Both the position numbers and the translations under genes were made by a program. Below, piece by piece: positions 17,433-26,687 of a stretch of DNA of 46,754 nt. The number at the start of each line of letters is the position of its first letter. Within the stretch, counting starts at the first letter, position 1. Under the pieces are notes generated by a model. It had not been told where the DNA came from and searched no databases. It was given only the letters and a program-made list of their open reading frames with translations. The DNA is taken from NCBI GenBank assembly GCA_964400835.1, contig CAYNWD010000001.1, positions 54,487 to 101,240 on the forward strand, given 5' to 3'. This DNA comes from an uncultured Gammaproteobacteria bacterium (GTDB lineage Bacteria > Patescibacteriota > Microgenomatia > UBA10105 > UBA927).

Positions 17433-19895
17433 ATGAAGCGGTTCACCGACCCGGTGTCATTTTTGCTGGACTCATTAGTTGCCATAGGCGACAGCGTCCG
17501 GCTCGTCCTCACCTTTGCCGGCCGATTCGCCGCCGCGGGATTGTTGTATTTTTTTGACCTTTTGCTGGGGCATGTGCGCCGGATTCCCAGGATAAAAATC
17601 CGAAAAACCACAGGACACCGAAAAAAATCCCGCGCCCAGAAAAAAGGCCGGCCGAAAAAATCCCTATTTGCCAAAACACTCGCGGCCTTCTTTGTCCAGA
17701 AAAAAGAAATCCTTTCGCGCTCTTCCCGCACGGCCGGAAAAAGCATCCGCTCAGTCTCCCGCAACCTCACGAGCCTCGCCCCCCGACTCCCGAAGTTTTC
17801 TCTCCGGCTGCCCAAGCTCACTGTTCGGCTTCCCAAACTCAAAATCCGGGGCCCGAGATTCAGGTTTCCCATTCCAAAAAAGCGGCTGCCTAAATCTGGA
17901 AGAATTTTTCCGCCGCCTCCGACACTGTCTGAAAAAGCACGCTGGTTTGTCTACGGCGGGCTGTGTGTCATCGCCGTCATCGCTCCGGTTTCCGGCTACC
18001 GGTGGCTCCGCGAACTCCCCAACCCGAAGCTTTTGTCCCAACGGGACATTGCCGTCACGACAAAAATTTTGGACCGCAACGGCGTTCTTTTGTACGAAAT
18101 TTATGCGGACCAAAACAGGACGCCGGTGCCGCTCACGGAAATTCCCGCCATAGTGCAACAGGCAACGATTGCCATAGAGGACAAAAATTTTTACCTCCAC
18201 AACGGTTATTCCCTGTGGGGCATTGCACGGGCGGTGCGCGAAATGATCCTCCATAAAAAAATCCAGGGCGGCTCGACTATTACCCAGCAGCTTATAAAAT
18301 CCGCGCTCCTCACGCCGGAAGTTTCGCTATCCAGAAAACTCAAAGAACTCGTCCTCGCGATTTGGGCAGAACAGATGTATACAAAGGCCAATATTTTGGA
18401 AATGTACTTAAACCAGGTGCCTTACGGCGGCGCTGCCTGGGGAGTGGAAGCTGCGGCACGGATGTACTTTGGCAAATCCATTTCCGATGTGACACTTGAG
18501 GAAGCAGCCCTCCTTGCCGGCCTTCCTGCCGCGCCGACCCTTTACTCGCCCTACGGCAATGATCCGCAGTCCGCATTCGCAAGACAGCATGAGGTTCTGC
18601 GCCGCATGGTCGAGGACCGGCTTATTTCCCAAAAACAGGCAGACGAAGCGCTGTCAAACGGCGTCCGCATTATCCCGCCCAAGTCAACAATCCGGGCGCC
18701 TCATTTTGTCATGTACATCCGCCAGCTTCTGGAGGAACGCTACGGCCCGCGGCTGGTGGCCCAGGGCGGACTGCGCATCAAAACGTCTCTGGACATCACC
18801 ACCCAGGAACAGGTGGAAAATATCGTCCGCTCAAACATCGAATCGTTGGGCGCGCTGCGTGTGGGGAACGGCGCCGCTCTTATCACCAACCCCAAAACCG
18901 GCGATATTCTGGCCATGGTCGGCAGCCGTGACTATTTCGGCAACAACAGTTTCGGCAACTTCAACGTGACGACCAGTCTGCAGCAGCCCGGCAGCGCCAT
19001 AAAAGTCGTGGCCTACGCCGCGGCTCTGGAAGCGGGAATGACCGCAGCCACAATCCTTGACGACAGCCCGGTCGTATTTCGCGCAGCCGGCTCTCCTGAT
19101 TACGCACCGGTAAACTATGACGGCCAGTTCCACGGAAAAGTTCCCCTGCGCTATGCATTGGGCAACTCCTACAATATTCCGGCGGTCCGGGCTCTTGCCG
19201 CAGTCGGTGTCCCCGCAATGATAGACAAGGGGAGACAAATGGGGATCCAGTCGTGGAAAAATCCGAACCAGTACGGCCTGTCGCTCACCCTGGGCGGCGG
19301 CGAAGTTACGATGCTTGAGATGGCAACGGTATTTGGCACCCTTGCCAATTACGGCAGCCGCGTCAACCTACGGCCGATTCTGGAGATTACCGACTACACC
19401 GGCCGCGTCCTGGAAAAAACAGCCATCGCCAAACCCGTGCGGGCCGTCAGTCCGGAAATAGCCTGGATTCTCACAAATATTTTAAGCGACAACAATGCGC
19501 GCACCCAGGCATTTGGACCGGTGTCCAGTCTCGTCATCCCGGGTCACACCGTGGCAGTCAAAACCGGCACAAGTAACGACAAACGCGACAACTGGACCGT
19601 TGGATACACGCCCGGCATGGTCGTGACCGTGTGGGTAGGCAATAACGATAATACCCCCATGCACCCCCTATTGACCTCAGGTGTCACGGGAGCGGCTCCC
19701 ATATGGCGGGATACCATGGTGGAACTTCTGAAAGGAAAACCCAACGAGGCGTTTGGCCGACCCGCAAATATCGTAGAAGTCCCCTGCAATTTCGGCAAAA
19801 CGGAATTTTTTGTCAAAGGTACCCAGCCGCCAGGAGGCCGCTGCGCGCCGATCCCCACTCCCACGCCGTCGGGGTCACCCACACCTTCACCCTAA
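17433..19895 (+). CDS. Class A penicillin-binding protein paralogue with a long basic N-terminal extension
   Basis: AIEDKNFYLHNGY, GGSTITQQL, SAIKV, SYN and KTGT motifs. About 175 aa of Arg/Lys-rich sequence, including RLPK repeats, precede the TM helix. The start could be ATG 17433 or TTG 17421. Confidence 0.9.
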   Translation: MKRFTDPVSFLLDSLVAIGDSVRLVLTFAGRFAAAGLLYFFDLLLGHVRRIPRIKIRKTTGHRKKSRAQKKGRPKKSLFAKTLAAFFVQKKEILSRSSRTAGKSIRSVSRNLTSLAPRLPKFSLRLPKLTVRLPKLKIRGPRFRFPIPKKRLPKSGRIFPPPPTLSEKARWFVYGGLCVIAVIAPVSGYRWLRELPNPKLLSQRDIAVTTKILDRNGVLLYEIYADQNRTPVPLTEIPAIVQQATIAIEDKNFYLHNGYSLWGIARAVREMILHKKIQGGSTITQQLIKSALLTPEVSLSRKLKELVLAIWAEQMYTKANILEMYLNQVPYGGAAWGVEAAARMYFGKSISDVTLEEAALLAGLPAAPTLYSPYGNDPQSAFARQHEVLRRMVEDRLISQKQADEALSNGVRIIPPKSTIRAPHFVMYIRQLLEERYGPRLVAQGGLRIKTSLDITTQEQVENIVRSNIESLGALRVGNGAALITNPKTGDILAMVGSRDYFGNNSFGNFNVTTSLQQPGSAIKVVAYAAALEAGMTAATILDDSPVVFRAAGSPDYAPVNYDGQFHGKVPLRYALGNSYNIPAVRALAAVGVPAMIDKGRQMGIQSWKNPNQYGLSLTLGGGEVTMLEMATVFGTLANYGSRVNLRPILEITDYTGRVLEKTAIAKPVRAVSPEIAWILTNILSDNNARTQAFGPVSSLVIPGHTVAVKTGTSNDKRDNWTVGYTPGMVVTVWVGNNDNTPMHPLLTSGVTGAAPIWRDTMVELLKGKPNEAFGRPANIVEVPCNFGKTEFFVKGTQPPGGRCAPIPTPTPSGSPTPSP

Positions 19896-19898
19896 GCG

Positions 19899-20360
19899 TT
19901 ATTCGGTCACCGTCACGCTGCCGGTAAAGGTCGGTGCGACGTGATTATGATACTTCCACGTCCCTACTTTCGTGAAAGTAAATTCGTACGTTCCTCCGTT
20001 CGGCACACTTTTGAGCTGGTCGAATCCAGCGTAATTGGTGTGCTGCGGATGCGGCGCAGACGCCGTCCACATGCCGCTTTGTGACTTGTTCACAAAGATT
20101 ACCGTCGCTCCTTTTTTCACCGTGATTTCATCCGGACTGTATCCTTCGTCTGTCTAGGTGACGGTTGTTTTCTCCATGGTTCCGCTGTCGGTACTCACCA
20201 CCATTTCCTCTACACCAGTTGTGCCTACGACCGGCATTTCCTGCACAGTTTCACTGGGTGTGGACGCCTGCTCGACTTCCGTTCCCCGGGAAGAAAGCAT
20301 ATACCACCCCACGCCTGCGCCGACGACAAAAACGAGCAAACCAACGACAAATTTTTTCAT
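19899..20360 (-). pseudogene. Membrane-anchored cupredoxin-like protein interrupted by one in-frame TAG
   Basis: ORFs 20154..20360 (TM anchor plus linker) and 19899..20120 (cupredoxin-like domain) are in the same frame. Translating the gap gives ..EKTTVT-TAG-TDEGYSPDEITVKKGATVIFVNKS... The 73-aa ORF 'start' is a GTG (Val) inside the domain. Confidence 0.6.
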
Positions 20361-20451
20361 AGTCCCTCCTTTGTATGTAATCTATTGTACACTTGCGGGA
20401 TGTGCATTGACAACTGCGTTTGAAGTTTCGTGTTTGTGATTTGGGATTTGG

Positions 20452-20467
20452 TCCGCCAGCTGGCGGA
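20452..20467. terminator. Perfect 16-bp palindrome / hairpin between two minus-strand genes
   Basis: tccgccagctggcgga, followed by tttatta on the plus strand. It lies 5 nt downstream of the ykuK-like stop. The U-tract sits on the strand opposite to the flanking genes, so a terminator function is uncertain. Confidence 0.3.
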
Positions 20468-20471
20468 TTTA

Positions 20472-20942
20472 TTACGTGTACCGGTCCGCCACTTTACTGG
20501 CGGCGTAGCTTTCCGGCTTGACCTTCACATTGTAGCCGCTGCCGCGCACCATGCCCACAATCTCGGCGATCATTTCACGCGTTTCGCCGAATTTACCGAT
20601 GTCCACATGGATTTCCACGTCATATTTGGTGATGCCATCTTTGTGAAGAAGTGCCAGGACGGTCTCTGCCATCTCCAGAGAAAGCCCGGCCTCCTCGTAC
20701 ATGCGCTGCCGCAGAACATAGATTTTTTTGTTCACCACGCGCTTCCAGAAATAAATGCCGCCGCGGCCGATCCGGTGGACCACAATTGCCGTCACAAAAT
20801 CCACCCCGCTGCCGTTGTGCGGTTGCGAATCCGTGCCGATCACCAGCTGATACTTGTGCTCCGGATCTGCCGAGACAAAATCAAGGATTTTCTCGCGGAC
20901 TGCCGGCAAATCCAGTTCGCCAAATGTGGGACTGTGCAACAT
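20472..20942 (-). CDS. RNase H-like YkuK/DUF458 family protein
   Basis: MLHSPTFGELDLPAVREKILDFVSADPEHKYQLVIGTDSQ.. matches the family pattern as I remember it. I chose the start at internal ATG 20942. Confidence 0.7.
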   Translation of the reverse strand: MLHSPTFGELDLPAVREKILDFVSADPEHKYQLVIGTDSQPHNGSGVDFVTAIVVHRIGRGGIYFWKRVVNKKIYVLRQRMYEEAGLSLEMAETVLALLHKDGITKYDVEIHVDIGKFGETREMIAEIVGMVRGSGYNVKVKPESYAASKVADRYT

Positions 20943-21090
20943 ATACTGCCGTATGGTAGCAAAACCACCCCCCAGAAGCAAAATCCGCGAGAGAGGCTTT
21001 TTCCAAACAAAACCCCCTCTTTTTACAAAAAAGAGGGGGTGACGCATCTCTCACCCGGCGCACGTACGTGTGCTGGGTGCGCTGCGCTCT

Positions 21091-21357
21091 TTACCGTCTC
21101 GGTCGGTCTTCTCGAGGACGCGCCTCGTTGACCACCAATGCACGGCCGTTTACATCCTTGCCATTGAACATTTCAACGGCTTTCTTGGATTCTTCGTCAG
21201 ATGCCATTTCGACAAATCCGAACCCGCGTGAGCGGCCGGAATACTTGTCAACAATGACTTTGGCCGACGCCACATTCCCTGCCTGTTTGAACAGGTCATT
21301 GAGCTGGGCATCGTCCATGCTGTACGGAAGATTTCCGACAAACAAATTGGTTGCCAT
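21091..21357 (-). CDS. RRM-type RNA-binding protein
   Basis: RNP-2 motif LFVGNL and RNP-1 motif RGFGFVEM. AAGGAG Shine-Dalgarno sequence upstream. Confidence 0.9.
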   Translation of the reverse strand: MATNLFVGNLPYSMDDAQLNDLFKQAGNVASAKVIVDKYSGRSRGFGFVEMASDEESKKAVEMFNGKDVNGRALVVNEARPREDRPRR

Positions 21358-21508
21358 AGTAGGATATCCTTTCTCCTTAGGACTTGAAGGGGACGCCTAA
21401 AGAGATTTCCCGTAAACGAGGACTCTTCGTAGGCCAAAAACCACACTTTGTTCCCAGGACACCAAACATTATACCACACGGGCGGCCGGGAGCTCAATTT
21501 GCGCAAGT

Positions 21509-22117
21509 TTACTCAATCACTTCTTCCTCATCCACGCTATAGTCGTCATAGCTTTCCCCGGTACCCGCGGATTCATTCTCGCCAGCAAGGGGAATAAAAC
21601 GAAAGCTTGCCGAAAGCGTGTCAAACGTTTTCTGCCAAAAATCCCCCTCACCGAGCTGTGCCTCTGCGTACCAGACGATATCGTCAAAGACCGTACCGAC
21701 CACGAATTTTTTTGCCGGGGAGGTTATGAGAATTTTTTTTGCCGGCTGGCCGCCGAGCGTGGTATCCACGACCGATGCACCCTGAAATGCTTTTTCCGTT
21801 TTTACCCAGGCCGCCACGTCCTGGGCGGTCGTGTCTTTGGCCCAAACGATGATGCGGCCGGGATCATCCGGCCGGGTCAATTCCACGTGGGCATAATTTT
21901 CCTGATCTTCGTCGTGCTTGTTGATGGTGACGCCTTCGGGATAATCAAAGGAAAATCCTGCGGGGTCCTTCCAGCTGACGAGTGTCACGTCCCCGGATTC
22001 CTGTGTGTTTTGCACACCGGGAACCGGAGAGCTTTGCCGGACCTTCCCTATATAAAGCCCTGCGCCCAGTGTCCCGAAAACAATACCGACAAACGCGACC
22101 ACAAGCCAACGCTTCAT
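21509..22117 (-). CDS. Membrane-anchored hypothetical protein with an acidic C-terminus
   Basis: Start at MKRWLVVAFVGIVFGTLGAGLYIG (signal/anchor). No recognisable motif. Confidence 0.55.
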   Translation of the reverse strand: MKRWLVVAFVGIVFGTLGAGLYIGKVRQSSPVPGVQNTQESGDVTLVSWKDPAGFSFDYPEGVTINKHDEDQENYAHVELTRPDDPGRIIVWAKDTTAQDVAAWVKTEKAFQGASVVDTTLGGQPAKKILITSPAKKFVVGTVFDDIVWYAEAQLGEGDFWQKTFDTLSASFRFIPLAGENESAGTGESYDDYSVDEEEVIE

Positions 22118-22174
22118 ACTGCCCACACAGTGTACCACGGCTGCCGGACATTTTGCTATAATGGGCCTAAACCC

Positions 22175-22597
22175 ATGAAACACTCCCTGCGTTTCACCGC
22201 CCTGGTTATAATCCTTGCGGCAGCATCGATTCTACCTGCAGTACACGCTGCCAAGCCCAGATTACGAAAAAGCCGTGCCCCGGCGGTCCGCGGCGTTGCG
22301 TATTCAAGTGCCAGACTTTCGCGCGCCACCAACAGCGTCGTGATCTCTTTTTTGAACCTGGCGTCCGTCTCATCCGTGACGTATACCCTAAGCTACGCTG
22401 CCGGTGGCACGTCGCAGGGTGTCGTCGGAACCCTTGTCCCGACCGGCCAGTCAGGAGACAGCCGGGACCTGTACTTTGGCACCTGCAGCAAGGGCGTCTG
22501 CACGCCCCACTATAGCCCCAAAAACGTAATACTCCTTATCGAAACAACGCTTAAATCCGGCGGGGTCCACACAAAACGTTACCGCATACGCGTCTAG
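22175..22597 (+). CDS. Secreted hypothetical protein
   Basis: Internal start MKHSLRFTALVIILAAASILPAVHA (signal peptide). The upstream part of track ORF 21887.. is antisense to the neighbouring gene. Confidence 0.5.
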   Translation: MKHSLRFTALVIILAAASILPAVHAAKPRLRKSRAPAVRGVAYSSARLSRATNSVVISFLNLASVSSVTYTLSYAAGGTSQGVVGTLVPTGQSGDSRDLYFGTCSKGVCTPHYSPKNVILLIETTLKSGGVHTKRYRIRV

Positions 22598-22600
22598 TGC

Positions 22601-22670
22601 ATGAAGCTCCCCACGCTTGGCAGGGAGCGAAATCCCTCCGAAGCTCCGTTTAATCGGAGCGAAGGGGGAT
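22601..22670 (+). repeat. Interspersed mosaic repeat family 1, copy B (short form)
   Basis: atgaagctccccacgcttggcagggagcgaaatccctccgaagctccgtttaatcggagcgaagggggat. The hairpin core is 22632..22670. Confidence 0.8.
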
Positions 22671-22675
22671 AATTT

Positions 22676-22712
22676 TTGACAATATGCCTATTCTGGCCCA
22701 TAATAGGCATAT
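22676..22712 (+). promoter_or_regulatory. Promoter plus a 10-bp perfect inverted repeat (probable auto-operator) ahead of the wHTH gene
   Basis: TTGACA 22676..22681, 17 nt, CATAAT 22699..22704. The inverted-repeat arms are atatgcctat (22682..22691) and ataggcatat (22703..22712), ending at the ATG (22713). Confidence 0.55.
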
Positions 22713-22961
22713 ATGACACAACAGAATCTTGATGAACTCCGAAACAGGGCAAACGAGCAGCGCCGCAAAACTGTCGAAGACCGAAGAGCTTCCATCGTGG
22801 AACTTGCCAGAATGCAGCCGGTCAAAAACTCCGATATTCAGAAGTATTTCAGCGTGAGCAGACAAACTGCTTCGGGTGACTTATCTGCACTGGCTAAAGA
22901 AGGGGTACTGACAAAAACAGGAAAGCGCAAAAGCACCATCTATATTGCCGCGTCACGCTAA
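22713..22961 (+). CDS. Small winged-HTH DNA-binding protein
   Basis: 82 aa. DIQKYFSVSRQTASGDLSALAKEGVLTKTGKRKSTIY looks like an HTH plus wing. Confidence 0.6.
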   Translation: MTQQNLDELRNRANEQRRKTVEDRRASIVELARMQPVKNSDIQKYFSVSRQTASGDLSALAKEGVLTKTGKRKSTIYIAASR

Positions 22962-22977
22962 ATACTTTGTAGTATTT

Positions 22978-23832
22978 TTACGCCGAAGAACCGGTAAGCG
23001 GCCGCCGGCCCACCCACCACAGGCCAAGAAGCACTGCCGAGCCGAATCCGGCATAAAACAGCCACTGCGCAATTCTAGTCTCCGGCTCCGACTTTTGCAC
23101 CGCCAACACTTCCTGCACGGGCAGGAACCAGACGAGCTGCTGGTGCCCGGTTTTCCCTATTTGCCCCTCAAGCGATCCGGCCGATCGCGTATCGCTGTGA
23201 TAGAGAAGCGCCACGACCGTTGCGGTTTCTTTGGTACTTGCCTCAAGCGGCCCCGGAAGCCGGATATAGATCGTCCCGCTTCCGTCTTTGTGCGTCACAA
23301 ATCTATTCGTGCCCGCCCCGGGCTCGCCGCAGGGAATGTGAGCGATGCTGTGGTTTGGCGGCATACCCACGCGCGAACACCACACCGTATAGACTGCCTC
23401 GGGAACGAGCTTCTCAAAGACAAGCGAGAGTTCTGATCTGGTCTCGTCTGTTCTGTAAGTCCCCGTACCCGTAGCCCCGAGCCAGACGGAAAGCGTTATA
23501 CCCAGCGGCCTTCCTTTGGGAAACGGACCCAGGGCATGCTCCCCTGCTTGATACGGATCGCGGGCGACCTCTCCGCTGCTTGCAAAAAGTGGCAATGAGC
23601 GCTTTCTTTCGTCCGAAACATCGGTTTCTCCCGGCCGAACTAGTATTGAAGTATTTCCTGGATCCTCGAAAAAGACATCCTGCTCGGGAATCTTCATCTG
23701 GGAAAAACTGAAAAACTCCATTGCCCGTTCTTCGGCCACGACGGGAGAAGCTGGGAAGAAAGAAAAAAGAAAAAATAAAGTCAGACCCCACCGAAGAAAG
23801 GGACTGCAAGACCCGATGATCGTTCGTTGCAT
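22978..23832 (-). CDS. Hypothetical exported protein with a C-terminal TM anchor
   Basis: Has an N-terminal hydrophobic segment and a C-terminal IAQWLFYAGFGSAVLLGLWWV helix. No known motif. Confidence 0.55.
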   Translation of the reverse strand: MQRTIIGSCSPFLRWGLTLFFLFSFFPASPVVAEERAMEFFSFSQMKIPEQDVFFEDPGNTSILVRPGETDVSDERKRSLPLFASSGEVARDPYQAGEHALGPFPKGRPLGITLSVWLGATGTGTYRTDETRSELSLVFEKLVPEAVYTVWCSRVGMPPNHSIAHIPCGEPGAGTNRFVTHKDGSGTIYIRLPGPLEASTKETATVVALLYHSDTRSAGSLEGQIGKTGHQQLVWFLPVQEVLAVQKSEPETRIAQWLFYAGFGSAVLLGLWWVGRRPLTGSSA

Positions 23833-23934
23833 GAAGCAAGCACCAGAGTACCAGAAAAACCCGGCTCATGCAAGAATTTTCTGCATCGCGTTGCGAAAAT
23901 CTGCTACAATACCAGACAGAAAATCTTTTCTTTT

Positions 23935-24597
23935 ATGTCCGGCAAAATCATAACGGCCAAAAAAGTAAGTCATCTCGCGCTGGTGCGGCACGGCGAATCG
24001 CTGTGGAATGCCCTGGGTCAGTGGACCGGCTGGACGGATATTGAGCTTTCAGACGGCGGGAGGCAGGAAGCAAAACGGGCGGCAGAGGCGCTGCGGGATA
24101 TAAGCTTTCACACAAGCCATACGTCAGATCTGCGGCGCGCGCAGGAAACGCTCGAGATTATCCTCGCCGAACTCAAACTGACCATTCCCGTAATGAAGCA
24201 CCCGGCAATAAAAGAAAGAAACTACGGCAGCTTGACCGGTAAAAATAAATGGAAGATAAAGGAACAGTACGGCGAGGAACAGTTTATGCTCTGGCGCAGA
24301 AGCTGGGATTACCCGGTACCGGAAGGAGAATCCCTCAAGGACGTCCACAGCCGCGTGGTGCCGTATTTTAAAAAGTCTATCCTGCCGGATTTAAATGCCG
24401 GCAAGCACGTCCTGGTAGCAGCCCACGGCAACAGTCTGCGGGCGCTCATTAAGCATCTCGAAAATATCGCGGATCAGGAAATTCCCAAGCTGGAAATCGG
24501 CACCGGCGAAGTCTACGTGTACCACATAGAGCCAACGAGCGGCAAAGTCATCCACAAGGAAATCCGCACAACAAACCCAAAAAAGGGAAAACAGTGA
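23935..24597 (+). CDS. gpmA: 2,3-bisphosphoglycerate-dependent phosphoglycerate mutase
   Basis: LVRHGESLWN catalytic His motif and ..AAHGNSLRAL. I chose the start at internal ATG 23935. Confidence 0.9.
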   Translation: MSGKIITAKKVSHLALVRHGESLWNALGQWTGWTDIELSDGGRQEAKRAAEALRDISFHTSHTSDLRRAQETLEIILAELKLTIPVMKHPAIKERNYGSLTGKNKWKIKEQYGEEQFMLWRRSWDYPVPEGESLKDVHSRVVPYFKKSILPDLNAGKHVLVAAHGNSLRALIKHLENIADQEIPKLEIGTGEVYVYHIEPTSGKVIHKEIRTTNPKKGKQ

Positions 24598-24603
24598 GGT
24601 GCG

Positions 24604-26421
24604 TTACTTCCTGCCGGCGCGGTTGCGCTCGTTTTTGGAAAGGTGAATTTTCCGAAGCCGCAGCGAGCGGGGAGTAATTTCCACAAGTTCGTCTGCCTCG
24701 ATAAAATCCAGGCATTGCTCCAGTGTCAGGACGAGCGGCGGATCCAGCTGGATTGCGATGTCTGCATTGGCGGAGTGGACATTGGTCAGTTTTTTGGTCT
24801 TGCAGACATTGACGTCTATATCCTCGGCGCGGTTATTGATACCCACGATCATTCCCTCATACACGGGTGTGCCCGGACGGATAAACGCGCGGCCGCGTTC
24901 CTGCACCGTCGTCAGCGCGTACCCGGTGGATGTCCCCGTCTCGATAGCAACCAGAACACCGTTTCGCAGTTTGGACAACGTCGGGTGGAGCGGAAAGTAA
25001 CCGGTAAACCTGCTGGCAAAAAGCCCGTTCCCGCGGGTTTTCGTCAGGATATCGCCGCGGAAACCAAGGAGGTTTCGGCTGGAAATCGTATACACCATGC
25101 GGGTAACGCCGCTCTCGTTGGTGTGCGTATCCACGAGCTGCGCCTTCCTCCGGCCCAGTTCTTCTGCGATGACGCCGACAAAAGAATTTTCTATTTCTAT
25201 GGTCATCTCCTCAAACGGCTCGCTTTTTACAGCGTCGACCTCCTTCATGATGACTTCGGGTTTGCCTACCTGCATCTCATATCCCTCCCGCCGCAAGTTT
25301 TCTAAAAGAACCGCAAGGTGCAATTCTCCCCGGCCGGCGACCACAAACCCGGTCCCCTGGGGATTGGGTGTAATCTCAATGCCGATATTAGTTTTCTGCT
25401 CTTTGGTGAGCCGCTCATGAATCTGTCGGGCGGTGCAGAATTTCCCCTCTCGACCCGCAAACGGCGAGGTGTTGGCAGAAAGGACGATTTTAAGTGTCGG
25501 GCTTTCCACGGCTATGGTCGCAATGGCTGCCGGGTCTTTCGGGTCGGTGATCGTCGTGCCTATGGCAACCGTCGGAATGCCGGTCACGGCTATAATATCG
25601 CCGGGCGCGGATATACTGACTTCTTCTCTCTGCAGCCCGCGGCTCGTGAATACCTGCTCTATCCGGTATGACCCCAGGCTGCCTTTTTCGCTCGTCAAAA
25701 GAACCCCCATGCGCGGCGCGACCGTGCCCTGGGTCACTTTGCCGATGGCAAAAACACCCTTGTGCGGGTCAAAGTCCAGGGTCGACACGAGCATTTTAAA
25801 CGGCGCGTCCTTTTTGGTCTGCGGACCGGGGATACTTCGGATGATTTCTTCAAACAACGGCGCAAGCGAGCCTTCTGCCTGCATGTCCGTCGGGTAGGAT
25901 CGCCATGCCTTCCCTTCCCTCCCCACGGCATAGATGACCGGAAACGTCAGATGGCGCTCGTGGTGGGCCAACTGCAAAAACAGATCCTCGGTCTGTGTGA
26001 GAATTTCTGCCGGGCGCGCGTCTTTGCGGTCTATTTTGTTGATGACGACAATTACTTTGAGGTTGTGCTCAAATGCTTTTTCCAGCACAAATCTCGTCTG
26101 GGGCAACGGCCCCTCCGCCGCGTCTATAATGAGAAGCGCGCCGTCTGCCATGTTGATGACGCGCTCGACTTCGCCGGAAAAATCCGCGTGGCCGGGCGTG
26201 TCGATAATGTTTATTTTGGTGTCACGGTAGAAAACCGAAGTGTTTTTAGCCAGGATCGTAATCCCCTTTTCGCGCTCCAGGTCATTGCTGTCCAGAATCG
26301 TCGTCTGGGTCATTTCCGCCTGGTTGTCGCGAAACGTGTGGGTTTGTTTCAGCATCCAGTCCACGAGCGTGGTTTTGCCGTGGTCCACATGGGCAATAAT
26401 GGCGATATTTCTGATATCCAT
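24604..26421 (-). CDS. typA: Translational GTPase TypA/BipA
   Basis: MDIRNIAIIAHVDHGKTTLVD, DTPGHADF and NKID motifs. The track N-terminal extension (to 26493) reads through repeat copy C, so I use ATG 26421. Confidence 0.95.
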   Translation of the reverse strand: MDIRNIAIIAHVDHGKTTLVDWMLKQTHTFRDNQAEMTQTTILDSNDLEREKGITILAKNTSVFYRDTKINIIDTPGHADFSGEVERVINMADGALLIIDAAEGPLPQTRFVLEKAFEHNLKVIVVINKIDRKDARPAEILTQTEDLFLQLAHHERHLTFPVIYAVGREGKAWRSYPTDMQAEGSLAPLFEEIIRSIPGPQTKKDAPFKMLVSTLDFDPHKGVFAIGKVTQGTVAPRMGVLLTSEKGSLGSYRIEQVFTSRGLQREEVSISAPGDIIAVTGIPTVAIGTTITDPKDPAAIATIAVESPTLKIVLSANTSPFAGREGKFCTARQIHERLTKEQKTNIGIEITPNPQGTGFVVAGRGELHLAVLLENLRREGYEMQVGKPEVIMKEVDAVKSEPFEEMTIEIENSFVGVIAEELGRRKAQLVDTHTNESGVTRMVYTISSRNLLGFRGDILTKTRGNGLFASRFTGYFPLHPTLSKLRNGVLVAIETGTSTGYALTTVQERGRAFIRPGTPVYEGMIVGINNRAEDIDVNVCKTKKLTNVHSANADIAIQLDPPLVLTLEQCLDFIEADELVEITPRSLRLRKIHLSKNERNRAGRK

Positions 26422-26429
26422 ACGAAAAA

Positions 26430-26602
26430 ATGAAGCTCCCATTACCGTACGGTCGTGGTACCTGCCCGTCCGGCAGGCGGGTCTTCTCCCCACGTTTCGA
26501 AGGGAGCGAAATCCCTCCGAAGCGAAAAGATATTCGCTTATATCCGTGGGCTTACGCGAAGGGTATTTCGCGAAGGGGGATAAACCCGCGAAACCCGCGG
26601 GT
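26430..26602 (+). repeat. Interspersed mosaic repeat family 1, copy C (long form with extra hairpins)
   Basis: Same 5' modules (atgaagctccc.., ggcaggcgggtcttctcc, gagcgaaatccctccgaag) and the same closing arm cgaagggggat. Two extra stem-loops are inserted (gcgaa..ttcgc, cgcgaa..ttcgcg), followed by an acccgcg/cgcgggt hairpin. Confidence 0.8.
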
Positions 26603-26661
26603 TACTCACTGTGATCATTATACCACGTTACGGATCCTAGGCTTGGGTTTGGCCGTTGGCT

Positions 26662-26676
26662 TCTCTATAATAGAGA
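26662..26676 (+). promoter_or_regulatory. -10 box embedded in a 7-bp inverted repeat
   Basis: tctctat-a-atagaga with TATAAT at 26666..26671, 16 nt before ATG 26688. Confidence 0.4.
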
Positions 26677-26687
26677 GAGCGGCATAT

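Noticed and set aside
19899-20360. Genome-wide stop-codon reassignment (TAG or TGA recoding) as the explanation for the in-frame TAG
   Set aside because: TAG, TGA and TAA all terminate well-defined genes in this window at the positions expected from protein-family lengths. ATGA start/stop overlaps also use TGA as a stop. Only this one gene is affected.
26422-26493. N-terminal extensions offered by the ORF track for typA (to 26493), coaBC (to 8793), arsR-like (to 46294), the thioredoxin-like gene (to 45932), gpmA (from 23827) and others
   Set aside because: The extensions read through repeats or neighbouring genes, lack family-conserved sequence, and often start at GTG/TTG. Internal ATGs coincide with the conserved N-termini and with promoters, SD sites or ATGA overlaps.
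7368-26602. Repeat families as a CRISPR array
   Set aside because: The copies are kilobases apart, differ in length and internal modules, and are not separated by uniform spacers. No cas genes are present apart from a stand-alone Cas4-like nuclease.
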